A stretch of DNA of 64,000 bases, taken from positions 26,846,001 to 26,910,000 of the forward strand of contig OX597815.1 of NCBI GenBank assembly GCA_951406725.2, read 5' to 3'. Below are positions 40,084 through 53,720 of this stretch, piece after piece. Under the pieces are notes generated by a model, which did no database searches, was not told the DNA's origin, and was given only the letters and a program-made list of their open reading frames with translations. Numbering within the stretch: position 1 is the stretch's first letter; the number at the start of each line of letters is the position of its first letter. Made by a program: the position numbers and the translations under genes. The stretch is from Octopus vulgaris. Its lineage: Eukaryota.

Positions 40084-41015
40084 TAGATATATGACTAAAG
40101 GCTTGCAATATCATATTGTATTATTTTAATTCAGTCCATTCAGTCCAATCTGCTGGGTGGTTGGTGTTAGGAAGGGCATCCAACCATAAAACAATGCCAA
40201 AACAGACACAGAAGTCTGGTGTAGTCTTCTGCCTGGCCAGCTCCTGTCAAACCATCCAACCCATGCCAACATGGAAGGTGGACATTAAACGATGATGATG
40301 ATGATGATGACGTAATGCCTTCAGCTTCACATTAACCAATCTATCATTCCTTTCTTTTTTTTAAGATGGTAGGATGTAATTTGAGAATGATTCAACAGCT
40401 AGAAATTCTGAAGCTGGCTGATGCTAATGGGATTTTGTGCTTTCTTTTACTCTCAGCCTCTTAGTTTCTCCAACTCCTTATGAAGTAGGTAGTGGGTAGG
40501 GACCTCAGTCATGACTACAGAGTGTGACTGCCCAGCCTTATACCAGTCCCATGCTCAGCTGACTGTGGCTGACTGTACTTGGAGTAGGTTCCTATCCTAG
40601 GTTATGGATCCCATCCCTCAGCTTCAAAATCCTGGATTGGTATCCAATACAGCTAATCCTAGATTTGTAATTTGCATTGAGAAAGGAGAAAGATTGAAAA
40701 TCAAGGCGAGCAACTTTGTTTTCAGTATTCAAATTGCTATGTTTTGGGTTCAGGCTTTTATCTCCTGTTAAATTGAAGTCACGGTGGTGATAGAGGTCAC
40801 AAGTTGGTTGCTTAGTATCTGGTACTTATTCTGTCAATCTCTTTTGCTGAATTGCTACATTATAGGGATGTAAACAAACTAACACTGGTTGTCAAGCAGT
40901 GGGTGGGGGAGGTGAACACAAAGATACACACACACATATGTGTGTGTATATACATATATATGTGTGTATGTGTGTATCTTTGAATCCATACACACATGCA
41001 CACAGACACACGTGT

Positions 41016-41054
<39 letters not shown>

Positions 41055-41055
<1 letters not shown>

Positions 41056-41587
41056 CGTAAATCCTCGAGTATAATCCGCATTTTTTTCCCAAAATTTAAA
41101 GGTCAAAATCCCTAGTGCATACTATATCCGAGGTTAAAAATGAAAATTATTTTCTAAGCAATGTCTGAGTCTCTATTTGTTGTCCAGCAATTTTTATTCA
41201 GACGCATTTTGTGATGTCGGACATGAAAATACCTTAAGCTAAGCCTGAAAGCAATGAAGTCATAAAAGAATCATCCATAACTTGTAGCAAGCAATATTTG
41301 TTAAACGTTATTACTGTTATTTCTTTATTTTCTGCAAACAAAATGCACAAAAAAATCTACACTTTTGCATTATGTTATACTCTTTACTCTTTTACTTGTT
41401 TCAGTCATTTGACTGCGGCCATGCTGGAGCACCGCCTTTAGTCGAGCAAATCGACCCTGGGACTTATTCTTTGTAAGCCCAGTACTTATTCTATCGGTCT
41501 CTTTTACCGAACCGCTAAGTGACGGGGACGTAAACACACCAGCATCGGTTGTCAAGCAATGCTAGGGGGACAAACACAGACACACAA

Positions 41588-41634
<47 letters not shown>

Positions 41635-41974
41635 CGACAGGCTTCTTTCAGTTTCTGTCTACCAAATCCACTCACAAGGCATTGGTTGGCCCGGGGCTAT
41701 AGCAGAAGACACTTGCCCAAGATGCCACGCAGTGGGACTGAACCCGGAGCCATGTGGTTGGTTAGCAAGCTACTTACCACACAGCCACTCCAATAATAAT
41801 AAAGGATGTTACCGTTTACATTTTTACAAATCAAGGACGTTATATAGACTTCCTTGACTCAAGTTAGAGAAGGAGTGCATATTATACACAAGGTTTAGGT
41901 TTTTCAGAGGTACAGCCCCCTAAAAATCTCCTGCATATTATATTCAAGGGTGGACTATACTCGTGGATTCACGG
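41055..41974. mobile_element. Tc1/pogo-like MITE with a nested SINE
   Basis: TIRs ccgtaaatcctcgagtata / tatactcgtggattcacgg with TA on both sides. SINE inserted at 41378-41791. Confidence 0.75.
41378..41791 (-). mobile_element. SINE family A nested in a MITE
   Basis: Near-identical to 15144-15594. Confidence 0.88.
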
Positions 41975-44900
41975 TATATATATATATATATATGATGGGC
42001 TTCCACAGTTTCCATCTACCAAATTTATTCACAAGGCATTTGCCAGTTAAGGACTGTAATAAAAGGCACTTGTCCAAGGTGCCATGTAGTGGGGATTGAA
42101 CCTGAAACTACATAGTTGCAAAGTGATCTTCTTAACCACAAAGCCATGCCTGTGCCTAAACTACAATCCAAACTAACCCTATCTTGCATTAACTTTTCTC
42201 TGACATTCTGTTAACATTTGCATGCTTTTATTTCATCAGTTTGAAATTTCTAGACTTACCATTTTTCAGTGCATTATTGACTTTTACAGTCAATAATGAT
42301 TAACTATGAGTCAATGAGGAGCTTGAATTGTTGGAAACAGCAGCCAAATCCCCTGAAAATCACACTACACAATCTTGAAAAAGTGGCAAAAGTATTAGAT
42401 AAGGTAGCATTAGATACTTCTAAAATCATGGGATGGTCATTGCTGGAATGACAGGATTAGCCAGTAACAACATATTGATTAATTAAAGCCTATTGTAGAG
42501 ATGATGTTCATACAAGTCAGACAGCCATTCTCATGCTGATACCACAATAAATATACTCCAATCCATATTGTTGACCATAGAAAATGCCATGATGTCATAA
42601 CCTCAAATGTACAACATATGAAATCAAATATGCACAAACATACAAGCACACATGTGCATATATGGGTACACACACGTACACACACACACACACACACACA
42701 CATACATGCACATGCATATTTAAATATATGTGTGTTGGTATTTGTAAACCTCACCCAAAAAATAATCTCAGAAGTCATATAATCATAGGGTACAAATTTT
42801 ATTTGAATGGAAAGAGTTAAATGCAAATGTCTCTCAGCAATTCAAGAGAAAAAGAAGATATGCAATTAACTGCAATGAAAATCAATACCAAGTTCCATAC
42901 ATTTGTTTACTTTTTTCTATTTCTTTTCCTTTTATCATTTTCTTTTTGTTTTTGTTTAATTTTTTCTTTTAATTTTTCTTTTTCTTTTCTTTCTTTTTGT
43001 TTTTTGATTTCAGTACTCTTCTTTTGATATTTACTTAATATTCATTCCTGCTTAAGTATCCATTTTTATGATACTTACTATAAACTTTATGAAGCCTGCA
43101 AAAATGTAGTTTAATTTCCAACGACAAGATAAATTGGTATAATTTTTAGCTGAAATTTTGTTCATTTTTTTTGTTAATCCTAGATTCCATAATTGTGAAA
43201 AAGTCTCAATTCAGGTTTCTTTTTATGCTTTTATTTATTTTTTTTCCTGTATGCAAATATTTTAATGCATAACTTGTTCAGGGAAAGAAAGTACATGTGA
43301 ATTTAAATTCTCATAGTCTTAAAAAAAATATCCAATTTCACTTATTATTGTAAATTCCATCACCAAAAATTGGAAGAAGTTTTAGTAATTTTAATGCTTA
43401 AATGTTGAAATATTTGTAGTAAATATTTTAAAATTCTTTTTCAATTAATTATTTTCGTTTCAGTGAGTTAAGCGCCATATTTCTTGCTAAGGAAATCTAT
43501 ATATGAATTGATTTTTCTCGTTTGCACATTAATTAATTTTAATAAGTTACATACAAATTTACAAATGGAATTTTCTTTCTATGAAGTATAAAATCATTTC
43601 CAAAAGGAACCGTTTTCCTTGGAATATATTTGACAGAAGCAATTACAATGGTGTTTCCCATAACAACTTTCATAAATATTCTGCCTCAAATGATAGCAAA
43701 AAAGCGAATCCATAATATTTAGTTTCACCAGCATATTGAAGTATGATCGTCATGGTTACTTCTTACAGTGAAACAAACATGTAGTTGTGGCATGAGAAAA
43801 AAATTTTGGCAAAGTTTTAATGAAAATATAGCAAGTAGTATTATTTATTTTGGAAATGAAAAATTGACCATACAAACCAACCCTCCAGCTCCCCACAATA
43901 TATATATATATATATATTATCCAAAGTGTACAGTATTTTATATTCATCACAGCTGATCTTACCAATCGGTTTCATACTAGGGGTACAAGGGAATGCTGGG
44001 TAACAATCCAATTATATAACCCTACACTCATCAGAGGTAGCCGATATGAAATGAAATACCTATATATATATATATATGTATAATCCATAAAACTGGAACT
44101 AAGCATCATTCATTTTTGAGCCCTTTGGGCCTGGAAGGTGCCAATAAATATATGTTTGTTAAAATTATTGTATTTATTAAACAGACAACTAAATATAAAT
44201 TCTAAAATTTGGTAATTTAAAAATGAAGGGAGAACAACTATTTTTATTAATTTTTTTTTAATCAATTAACAAATCAATGTCTATCAAATGTCAATGAAGG
44301 CTGAAGAACTGAAGATATCAACTACAAAAGCTGAATCCCAGATGAGTGGTTCTGCCTCATCATCATCATCACTCCAGTTGGGCAAAGCTTCTAAAAACTG
44401 AATTTATTTTTGTAAATATAACAATTAAAAATTACTACAAATTTTTATTGTTTACATGTAAACTTTGCCCCGTTTGAAAGGAATCGTTTCAATCAGTTAA
44501 AATCAATACTTCTTGAGGCCCCAGGGTGCTTTTATTTTTATTATTATTATTATCGTTGTTGTTGTTGTAGTTGTTGTTGTTGTTAATATTTTTATTTTTC
44601 AAATCAGCATTTTGAGAGCATTCTTAACATGTTAAAGAAAAATACCCGGGATGTTAACAAAATATTCTGGAACATATATTTGAGAATATTTTATATCTTT
44701 GATTTTTAAAAGAAATATTATTTAGACAGATCATCTTTTAATGCAATCTTCATATCTCAACCAATGACAATTATCTTCCTGTGATAATTTACATCTCATA
44801 TTTGATTTATGATTAAAACTATTTTTTATGCCTAATTAAGCATTGAAATATTACTAGCTTCTTTAATGTGCGTAAAGTGGTAAATAGAATTATGAATGAA

Positions 44901-46129
44901 TTTATTTTTTTAGTTTTATTTTAATTTCTTTTTTGTTTATATATTCAATGTTGAAAAGAGAGAAACCAACTTTTAGACAGAAAGCTTCACAGTTGATTTA
45001 GTAGTGCAGAAAATAGAAATGTATGCACACAGTCAATATCACCAGATATGTATATATTAGTTTCTTAAGTATGTATGGATGGATGTATAAATGGCAGGAA
45101 AATGGCAGGCTATGTGTCTGTTGTGGGCATCTTGCACCAATCCAACTGGCAGGGAATTAAATCATTGAGGACAATATATTCTTATCAGCAACAATAGTAA
45201 ATTCTTCTTCTTAATATTTATATGCTGTTTCGTTCACAAGAGAATAAAAGCAGTTAACAAAGGGACTAGTCTCTTTTGTTGGAACTAAAACAGTATGAAG
45301 AATCTGTAATCATTTGTTGCTAGACATATATATTTGATTCTGTATGCCTGTCTGCATGGATGTGTATGTGTGTGCATGCACATAGGTATATATGTACATG
45401 TGTGTGTTTGCATGTGCTTTTTCTTTTAGATGTTTCATTAAACTTTGTTACATTTCATATAAGTTTGTTGATCTCTATTAGGAGTTTTTAAAATGTTTGT
45501 AACTCATATTTTTTCATGTACTCTATCTTCATTTATTTCCAAATATTTTAATGGTTAATTATTTGTGGTATGCTAACAAAGCATTAGTACAATGTTTCAT
45601 GTTATACAGAACAAATATTTCACTCCTGATTGTTGAGCGACCTGTGTATGTCTCATTGTTTTAACAGAATATTTCCCTGATATAATTTTTTTAGTACTAA
45701 TACTCTGGCCTATTGCTTGTTCATTGATTATACATTTAATTAAGAATTGCTTTTGTTGCTTTTCACTTTCATCAATAATTGCTATGTATTATCACATCTT
45801 TATTATATTTTGTTATTAATATTATCATACATATGTACTTAAAAAAAATATGTAAATTTTCTAATCTGAGAGAATGCAGCCTCTGTTTTGACTCATACAA
45901 ATGTTAGCAATACATTATTACTATAGTATGTAAAATTATACATTTTATCAATATTATTTATAAGTTTTTTTGTTGATGTGGTTCTTTCTCTAGATGTTGA
46001 CAAAACCTACTCTTTTTAAAACCTGTCTAGTTTATATATAAATTTGATGAATAACTACACTAAACCTGTCAGAGTAGTCAGTTGATTATTTGGAATCAAT
46101 CCAAAAGGTTTCAACAAGTAATATATAAT

Positions 46130-47880
46130 ATAATAAACTTATTGTATACAGAGGTCAGGTGTACTACAACTCATCAGAAAAATCAGCCAGAACTGCAAGA
46201 ACAGTACATAGGGTGTGCACAAGAAGTGAACAGTGAGTAAGATATTTAAAGAAAATAGGCAGGGGATATCAGGTGTACTGCCGGTGAATTTCAGGAATCT
46301 TGGAAGTTTTGAAAGATGTAGTGTCCCAACAGATGACAACTGATGCGGGTAGATTATTCCATGCTTCAGGAATTCTGAACATGAAGAAATGCTTCTGAAA
46401 GTCATGGGTGCCTTGTTGTTTCTTGATTTAGTAAGCATGGTCCTTGAGTGTTAGTCGTATTATTGAATTCAAGGTGCTCAAGGTTGTTGTTGGAAAGATG
46501 ATAGATAATCTTGTGAGTATCTGTGAAGTCAGTTGCCAGACATTAGAGCTTTGATGTATCTCTGCTGTAAGACATTCAGATTATGGTAGATGCCTGATGG
46601 TGAGTTCTCGTCTGGTTGCATGTTTCTGAACAGCTTCCAGAAGACTGATATGCTGAGTGAGATAAGTGTTTCAGACTGGTGATACAAACTCTATATGTGG
46701 ATATACTAGAGTCATATACAGTTTTAGATAGATAACTGGAGAGCAGCTGACAAAGGTCTTACTGAGTGATGCTAAAACACCCTCAGCAGTTTTGACAATT
46801 TTAGAGATGTAGTTTGTCCAATGCAAATCCCTGTTGCCAATAATGTCCCAGTCATGTTCACTAAGAAACTTCTTAAGATTGGTAGTTTGTAAAAGCTGGA
46901 TTTTTCCTCCCAAAATGCATGGTGATACACTTGTCAATTGCCAGCTTGAGTTGCAAGTCAGTAATCCATTGTTGCTTGTGTCCAAGTCCATTTGTAGGAA
47001 AGATCATAGCACATAGGGTTTGTTCTTTTTCTCCCAAGCTACAGTTTGATGTCATCTGCATATTTCAACACTGTAACATTCTTCAAGTCGGTATCTATGT
47101 CATTAATATATCCAACAAACAATAAAGGTCCAAACGGATTCCTGAGGTACACCAGATGTTGTTTCTTAAGGTGAAGAATGATGTCCTAGAACTGTGACTA
47201 TCTCTTTTTGACCAAGAACGAAGGACTTCAACCAGTTATAAAAACTTTCTTTGGCTACAGCAGCTGGAGTTAGGGATAAATCCAAATTGTGAGGTTAAAA
47301 TCAGGCTGTGAAAGCTCCAGAAGTTTCAGAGCATTTCTCTGATACAAAACTCCATCTGTTCAGCAATGCAGCTAATAAGACTGACTGGACAGTAGTCGGC
47401 AGGTGATGTGTGATCACCCTGTTCTGAACAGGATAATGAAGCTGGCAATTGTCCACTGCTCTAGAGATACAGTTATGAAAGCAGAATTGGAAGGAGAATG
47501 AAAACTGGTGCAAAAGAAAGAACTCAGTGCATTTGAGAAGCAGATAAGTAACACCATTAAGGCCACGAGAGGCATAGTTGCGCTTATTCTTAAGGTGACA
47601 TAGCAGCATTGCAGGTGTAAATTCCACAGATGTTATAGAATTTGGTATCAGAGGTGGAGATGGTACATTTGGATTTTCAACAGTTAAAATGCCAGTATAG
47701 CTTTCAGCCCTAAGTTCTGTATATTTTTTGGGGTCATTAGTAATTTGACCTGTGTGGGGATTGCAAAGAAAGCCAACTGGAGAGTGAGGTTTTGCTTCAA
47801 ATGTACGTTTCCAGAATGCATTGCTGTCAGGGTTGGTTGCTATATATTGTTCAAGTTCAAGCAATGCCTTTTTTTGTCAC
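46130..47880 (-). mobile_element. Degenerate CR1/L2-like LINE RT fragment
   Basis: Minus-strand remnants SGVPQ, YADDIK (about 47045-47062), WITDLQLKLAIDKC..MHFG. Its 3' tail matches those at 34277 and 36135. Confidence 0.85.
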
Positions 47881-48419
47881 CTACATGAGATGGTCAGATG
47901 ATCTGTTGTGTTTTCTTCTTTTCCCTCTTCTATGTAATCCATGTTCCTGTTCAACATCATGACATTCTTTCCCGGCAAGTTGAACTGCATCATCATCATC
48001 ATCGTTTAACGTCCGCTTTCCATGCTAGCATGGGTTGGACAGTTCAACTGGGGTCTGGGAAGCCAGAAGGCTGTGCCAGGCCCAGTCTGATCTGGCATTC
48101 CCAAATTGCACTCTTGGGATTTTTATAGCATTTGTATGATACTGATGCATCACATGTGGCCCAGATTGAATTGAAGATGTTCTGAAGTGCAGTACTGACA
48201 TCTTCAGAATCGTAAAATTCAAGCCTGTTTGAGTATGTTTTAATGTGAACTCATTAAATATTTGGTTGCTAAGACTACAGTATGAGATGGTTGTTCTAGC
48301 ATTTAGCTCCTTAACTCCTTTTATGACTGTATTTCTACAAAATATTCCGCTTATTTTATTATGAAGCTGCAGTTTGGAACCTAACTTTTACATAAAATTA
48401 TAAGGCATACATGTTTGTG

Positions 48420-48620
48420 CATGTGTATGTATGTCTGTCTGTATGTATGTATGTATGTATGAAGGAATGTATGTATGTATGTATGTATGTATGTATGTAT
48501 GTATGTATGTATGATGTATGTATGTATGTATGTATGTATGTATGCATGAATGTATGTATGTATGTATGTATGTATGTATGAATGTATGTATGTATGTATG
48601 TGTGTATGTATTTATGTGAG
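48420..48620. repeat. (TATG)n microsatellite
   Basis: Direct reading. Similar tracts at about 51520-51620 and 54550-54790; (CA)n at 20587-20647 and 50716-50785. Confidence 0.95.
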
Positions 48621-49272
48621 TATGTGCATGCAACTTTGTGTTTGTGTTTGTCTCTCATCACTTGACAATTGTTGTTGGTTTATGTCCTCCTAAAGCCACT
48701 TCTTTTGTAAGTTACATTAATTTGTTGTAGATTTTGTATAAAGAGTGGTTGGATTATTGAATATTGGAATGTTTGTATTTTAGTATCTTTTCCAAAAGCC
48801 TGACTAGTAGAATACTGACTAAAAAACCCTACCCAAGCATTTATTTGTATATAATTTCTTGACCAATATTTTAAAGTTAAATTTAGCATCTAACATTACT
48901 GATGTTTAAATTTTTGTTTTTCATATTGTAAGGATTAGTAAAATAAATACTAGTAAGATAATATGGTCCTGTCATTTGACCTATTAAAATGTGTCATTGG
49001 CACCCATGACTGGTAATAAAACTCAACAAGGCCAACACAAACAATAAAACATAACATTATGATTCTATTTGGGTTTAGTTAAGTTAAGGTGATCAATGTA
49101 GTCCTAGAAAGCCAGTGAAACTTTCTAGAGACAATGCTGTTACTGGTTTTCAACTAACTGATGAAGCTTTATATGCAATACTGAAAAATTCAATTATGTA
49201 TGAACATGCAGGCAGCATAAATGTGTGTGTGTGTGTGAGAGAGACTGCGTGTGAGTGTGTGTGTGTGTGTGT

Positions 49273-49320
<48 letters not shown>

Positions 49321-49893
49321 TGGGGGTGAGAAGGCTGATCTCATGAAGTGGAGCCTCATGGAAGAGATGACAAAAGACCAAGAGGATTGGTGACATGCGA
49401 TACTTGAGATGACCTGCCCAGCTATGCTAGCACTTCCTGACCAAAGGTGTCAAACCATAATGTGTATGGACAAATATATATATTAAAATGCATGCTTTTT
49501 AAAAAAAAAAACAAGCATAGGTAAAATTCTGTATAAATTCCTGTGTTTGGGTATATGCATATATACCACTTGCATAAGATATTGTTGACTAAAGTTATAT
49601 TTAAAATTCTTGAAAAAAAGATACTACTCAGAAAGATATAACCATATCTTGCACCTGTCTGTGAAGCATCCTGTTAAATATAAGTTAGTTTCATTGAAGC
49701 TTGAAACTAACTAAAGAAAATAAGTCCAGTTGCATTTTTCTACTACAAAGAGTAGATCATTACATTAAGCACCATATGAAGCTAGTAAGCCCATAGACTA
49801 GCAACAAACACAGCCTTTGATGCTAAAACTGTAATTATAACACTGTAACCTTGATAGAATAAAATCATTTAAATCCCTAAAATGATTCTTTAA

Positions 49894-50115
49894 CCCTTTT
49901 GATACCAACCCGACCCAAACCGCCTCTGGCTCTGTTGTACAAATGTCTTACTTTCAAAAGTATTGAATTAAAATCTTCCACCAAACCTTAGTCACAACTT
50001 ATGTTCCCAACACTAGTTTAATGATAACTAAGTTCCTTTACTAAATTCTTTATTATATTTAAAATTAACTGAATGAGACACAGAGCATCTCAAAATAAAT
50101 ACGGTAATGAAAGGG
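49894..50115. mobile_element. piggyBac-like MITE
   Basis: TTAA|ccctttt gatacc ... ggtaatgaaaggg|TTAA, i.e. TIRs flanked by a TTAA TSD. Confidence 0.75.
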
Positions 50116-50713
50116 TTAATTAGTAAGCTATGAAAGACTCAAATATGGCAAAGCACATATCAGAATGAATTGTTTTTACCATTATCATATATTATGGGAA
50201 TGTTTAATTTACATTTTTTTAATTTTTGTTTTTGCACAATTTGATTAAATTTTATTTTTCTCTCGACAATAGCTACTTTTATTGTCATTGGTAAACTTCT
50301 TATGTTATGCTTTGGAGTAGGAATTGTGTTTAAATTTTAAGCATTTATTAAAAATTAACAATTGGAACTTGTTATCTTATCATTAGTGATAATAAGGAAT
50401 AACTGGATAGAAATGGAAACTTAAATTCTAGACTGCTGAAATAAGTGCGACATTTTAGATAGAAATACAAAATAAATAAATAAGTATATTAAATATACTT
50501 TTTAGATCACTGTCTGAAGTTATTCCATTCAGTATCCAGCTAATAGCAATAATTTGTCTCAAGAAACATTAAAATTCTCATTATTGATAGTAAATCTTCA
50601 TAAAATATCTAAAATTCATAAAAAGAATTTTATTTGCAATGCCAATAAATAACCATTAATTCAAGGAGAAGCCCAGCAAAAATTCTCATTTTGGTCTTAC
50701 TCTATTTGCACAG

Positions 50714-50790
<77 letters not shown>

Positions 50791-51343
50791 TAAAGACAAG
50801 TGTTTTTAAACACATAAAAACCACAAACATTGTCTGGATAAAGGACTCGCTATGTGTGTAGAACCTATTATATTATATCATATTATATTATATATATATT
50901 ATATTATATTGTATTATATTATATCATATTATATTATATTATTGATGAAAATCATTTGCAATTTTTCCATTACGTTCTCCCTAAACAATATCACATATTT
51001 GTTTTTAAAATAAAATTATACATCACTTTGAAATAAATTCAAGCATTGACTTCAGTTTTCCTTCTTCTCTCTGTAAGGTTTTTAGAATTAGTTGTTACAG
51101 TAAATGGAAAAATGAACACCAATTTCAAACAAAATTTTTGGAAGATTTGTAATTAATATTAATTACTTGGTGACAGAAAATGTTTTGCTGCTTTTTATTA
51201 ATTACTTCAATATCCTTGTTCCTAAATATTCCCCTTTCTTATTGTCTTCACACAGAACATGCAAATGGGGTTCAGTGTTAGTGCCCTCATGATATCACTT
51301 GCTTTTTAATTTGTTACTAATTATTTGGTTTTCCAAGCGTATA

Positions 51344-51427
51344 TCAAAGCTGTGTAGGTGGTTTAACTGCTGCTTTTTTATATCTCATGAATTTGACTTG
51401 AGTTCTTGCTAATAAAACAATGGCTAT
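51344..51427 (-). CDS. Tetraspanin terminal coding exon (rest of TM4 and cytoplasmic tail)
   Basis: ttttctttgcag|IAIVLLARTQVKFMRYKKAAVKPPTQL* continues the ...PQ of TM4. I did not find the upstream exons (CCG motif) in the window; they presumably lie beyond 64000. Confidence 0.8.
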   Translation of the reverse strand: MAIVLLARTQVKFMRYKKAAVKPPTQL

Positions 51428-51569
51428 CTGCAAAGAAAAAATTGTGAAATTTTAATAAGGGATTTTAGAATCTGGGGAAACTGCTAATGAAAAATTGTTA
51501 ATCATGTTTTATATATATATATACATACATACATACATACATACATACATACATACATACATACATACA

Positions 51570-51603
<34 letters not shown>

Positions 51604-52588
51604 CATAATACATACATACATATATGTAGGTATGTATGTATTAAAAATGCAAGTTTTATAATTCCAAATCAATCTTAAATCATTATTAACATTCATGTTT
51701 CATATTGGCATGGTTAGACAGTTTGACAGATCCAATGGGCTGAAGAAATGCTTCATGCTTTAGTGTCTGCTAGGGCATGGTTTTTATGGCTGGATGCCCT
51801 TCCTAAAGCCAACCACTTTACAGACCATACTGGGTGCTTATAACCTGTACCAGCACTAGTGAGGCCATCATATGGCTTGCAAGACTATGAACTCCAAGGA
51901 GACAACTTTATCCTTGGAAAAGAGTGGCAACAGATGGGTAACAGTATAAGTGGAAATCTGAAGGAGCAATATCTGGCGAATATGGAGGCTGGGGTAACAC
52001 ATCCCAGCCAAGCTGCAGCAATTTTTGTCTGGTTCCCAAAGCATCAAGTGCCGAAAATGAACTTTCTTATCTTCCATTTTAAAGGGTTACAGAATTAACA
52101 CAGGTTATAGGAACATAAACCTTCTTCCACGAAAAGATAGCATAAACTGTGCTCTAAATGGAGGTGTAGTCAAATCCTATTTCATGGACTCAACCATGTT
52201 CTAAAATAAGTCAAAAGGTAAGCTACTATAAATCGGCATGAACTTTCCAGACAACCCAATATTTCAAGGAATTTTCTGATGTTGAAACAATTATGCAATT
52301 CCACTATAATTATTTTAACTGTTTCAGATATTGGGAGATTTTTGTTTTAAGGATACTGATTTTAGGAAAAGCAGAATGGTATCTGAACAAAGACACTAAC
52401 ATTTCAAAACAGCTGCTAATAAAATTGGCAAGTGGGCAACAGTGGCACTAACCATGAAAACACATTAAGAACAAGCACGAACATGAGAGTAACTCTCCTG
52501 GGCTGGTTTTATTTAAAGTAACATATAAGTTGCTAGGTCTAAACTGGAAATGTTGCAACATAATGAAAATATATATGAGTGTACTTAC

Positions 52589-52705
52589 CTGTGGGGCAAT
52601 AAACAAAGCTGCTAGAATGGTGATGAGGATCTCATTCTTATGAAACCAGTTCCGAAAGCCTTTAAGACAGCCTTGAGTGTAGATTCGATGATTAACTGCA
52701 TGTCT
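52589..52705 (-). CDS. Tetraspanin exon (end of EC2 loop and start of TM4)
   Basis: aatttcag|RHAVNHRIYTQGCLKGFRNWFHKNEILITILAALFIAPQ|gtaagt. Has the IYT.GC...W...N tetraspanin signature. 117 nt, phase 0 to 0. Confidence 0.9.
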
Positions 52706-53483
52706 CTGAAATTTAAATAATAATGGTTTCAAATTTTGGTACAAGGCCAGCAATTTTTGGGGAAAGGTATTTCAATAACATTGACCCCCCCCTACTATCC
52801 AACTGGTACTTATTTTATCGATCCTGAAAGGATAAAAGGCAAAGTCGACCCTAGTAGAATTTGAACTCAGAACATAAAGTTGGATGAAAACCTACTAAGC
52901 ATTTCACCTGGTGTACTAAAAATTCTGCCAGTTTGCTGTCTTTGAAATTTAAATAATGATAACCATTTATATATGTGATGCTTCATTTTAAGCATAAAAA
53001 ATTCATTCTTTCTAATATTGGCACAAGGCCAGAACATTTTTGAGGGTAGGGACAAGTCAATTACATGAACCCCAGTACTTGACTGGTACTTATTTTATCA
53101 ACTTCAATAGCATTAAAGGTATACTCAACCTCAACAGAATTCTAATTCACGATGTAAAAATCTAGAAGAGATGTTATGTCAGGGATTAACCTTTAGGTCT
53201 CAATAAAATCACTTTATGAAGGTTTTTGCTTGGGTCTAGAATTATTATAATCTTGCCAAGATTTTAGATTGCTTCAGTGATTGTTTCAGAGTCTAGATGT
53301 CTTAGATGTTTGTAATTTTGTCTGGCACCGGGTGTCTGAGTTTTAGACTTTCCTATTATCTTTTGATCGTAAAGAAGAGGTCAATGTCATGAACCGAAAG
53401 GAAGATGTATATTTTTTGTTTATTGTTCTTGTTACATTTCTATGATCCTCTACTGATCTGTAGACTATTTTCTCTATGAGAAA

Positions 53484-53720
53484 TCATCATCATCATCATC
53501 ATCGTTTAACGTTCGTTTTCCATGCTAGCATGGGTTGGACAGTTCAACTGGGGTCTGGGAAGCCAGAAGGCTGCGCCAGGCCCAGTCTGATCTGACAGTA
53601 TTTCTACAGCTGGATGCCCTTCCTAATGCCAACCACTCTGTGAGTGTAGTGGGTGCTTTTTACGTGCCACCTGCACAGGGGCCAGATGAGGCTGGCAATG
53701 GCCACGATCGAATGGGATGA
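53484..53720 (-). mobile_element. SINE/LINE-tail family D ending in (GAT)n
   Basis: (cat)n cgtttaacgt...ccatgctagcatgggttggac. Related copies at about 1-70, 7550-7781, 36712-37080, 40150-40310 and 47988-48095. Confidence 0.75.
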
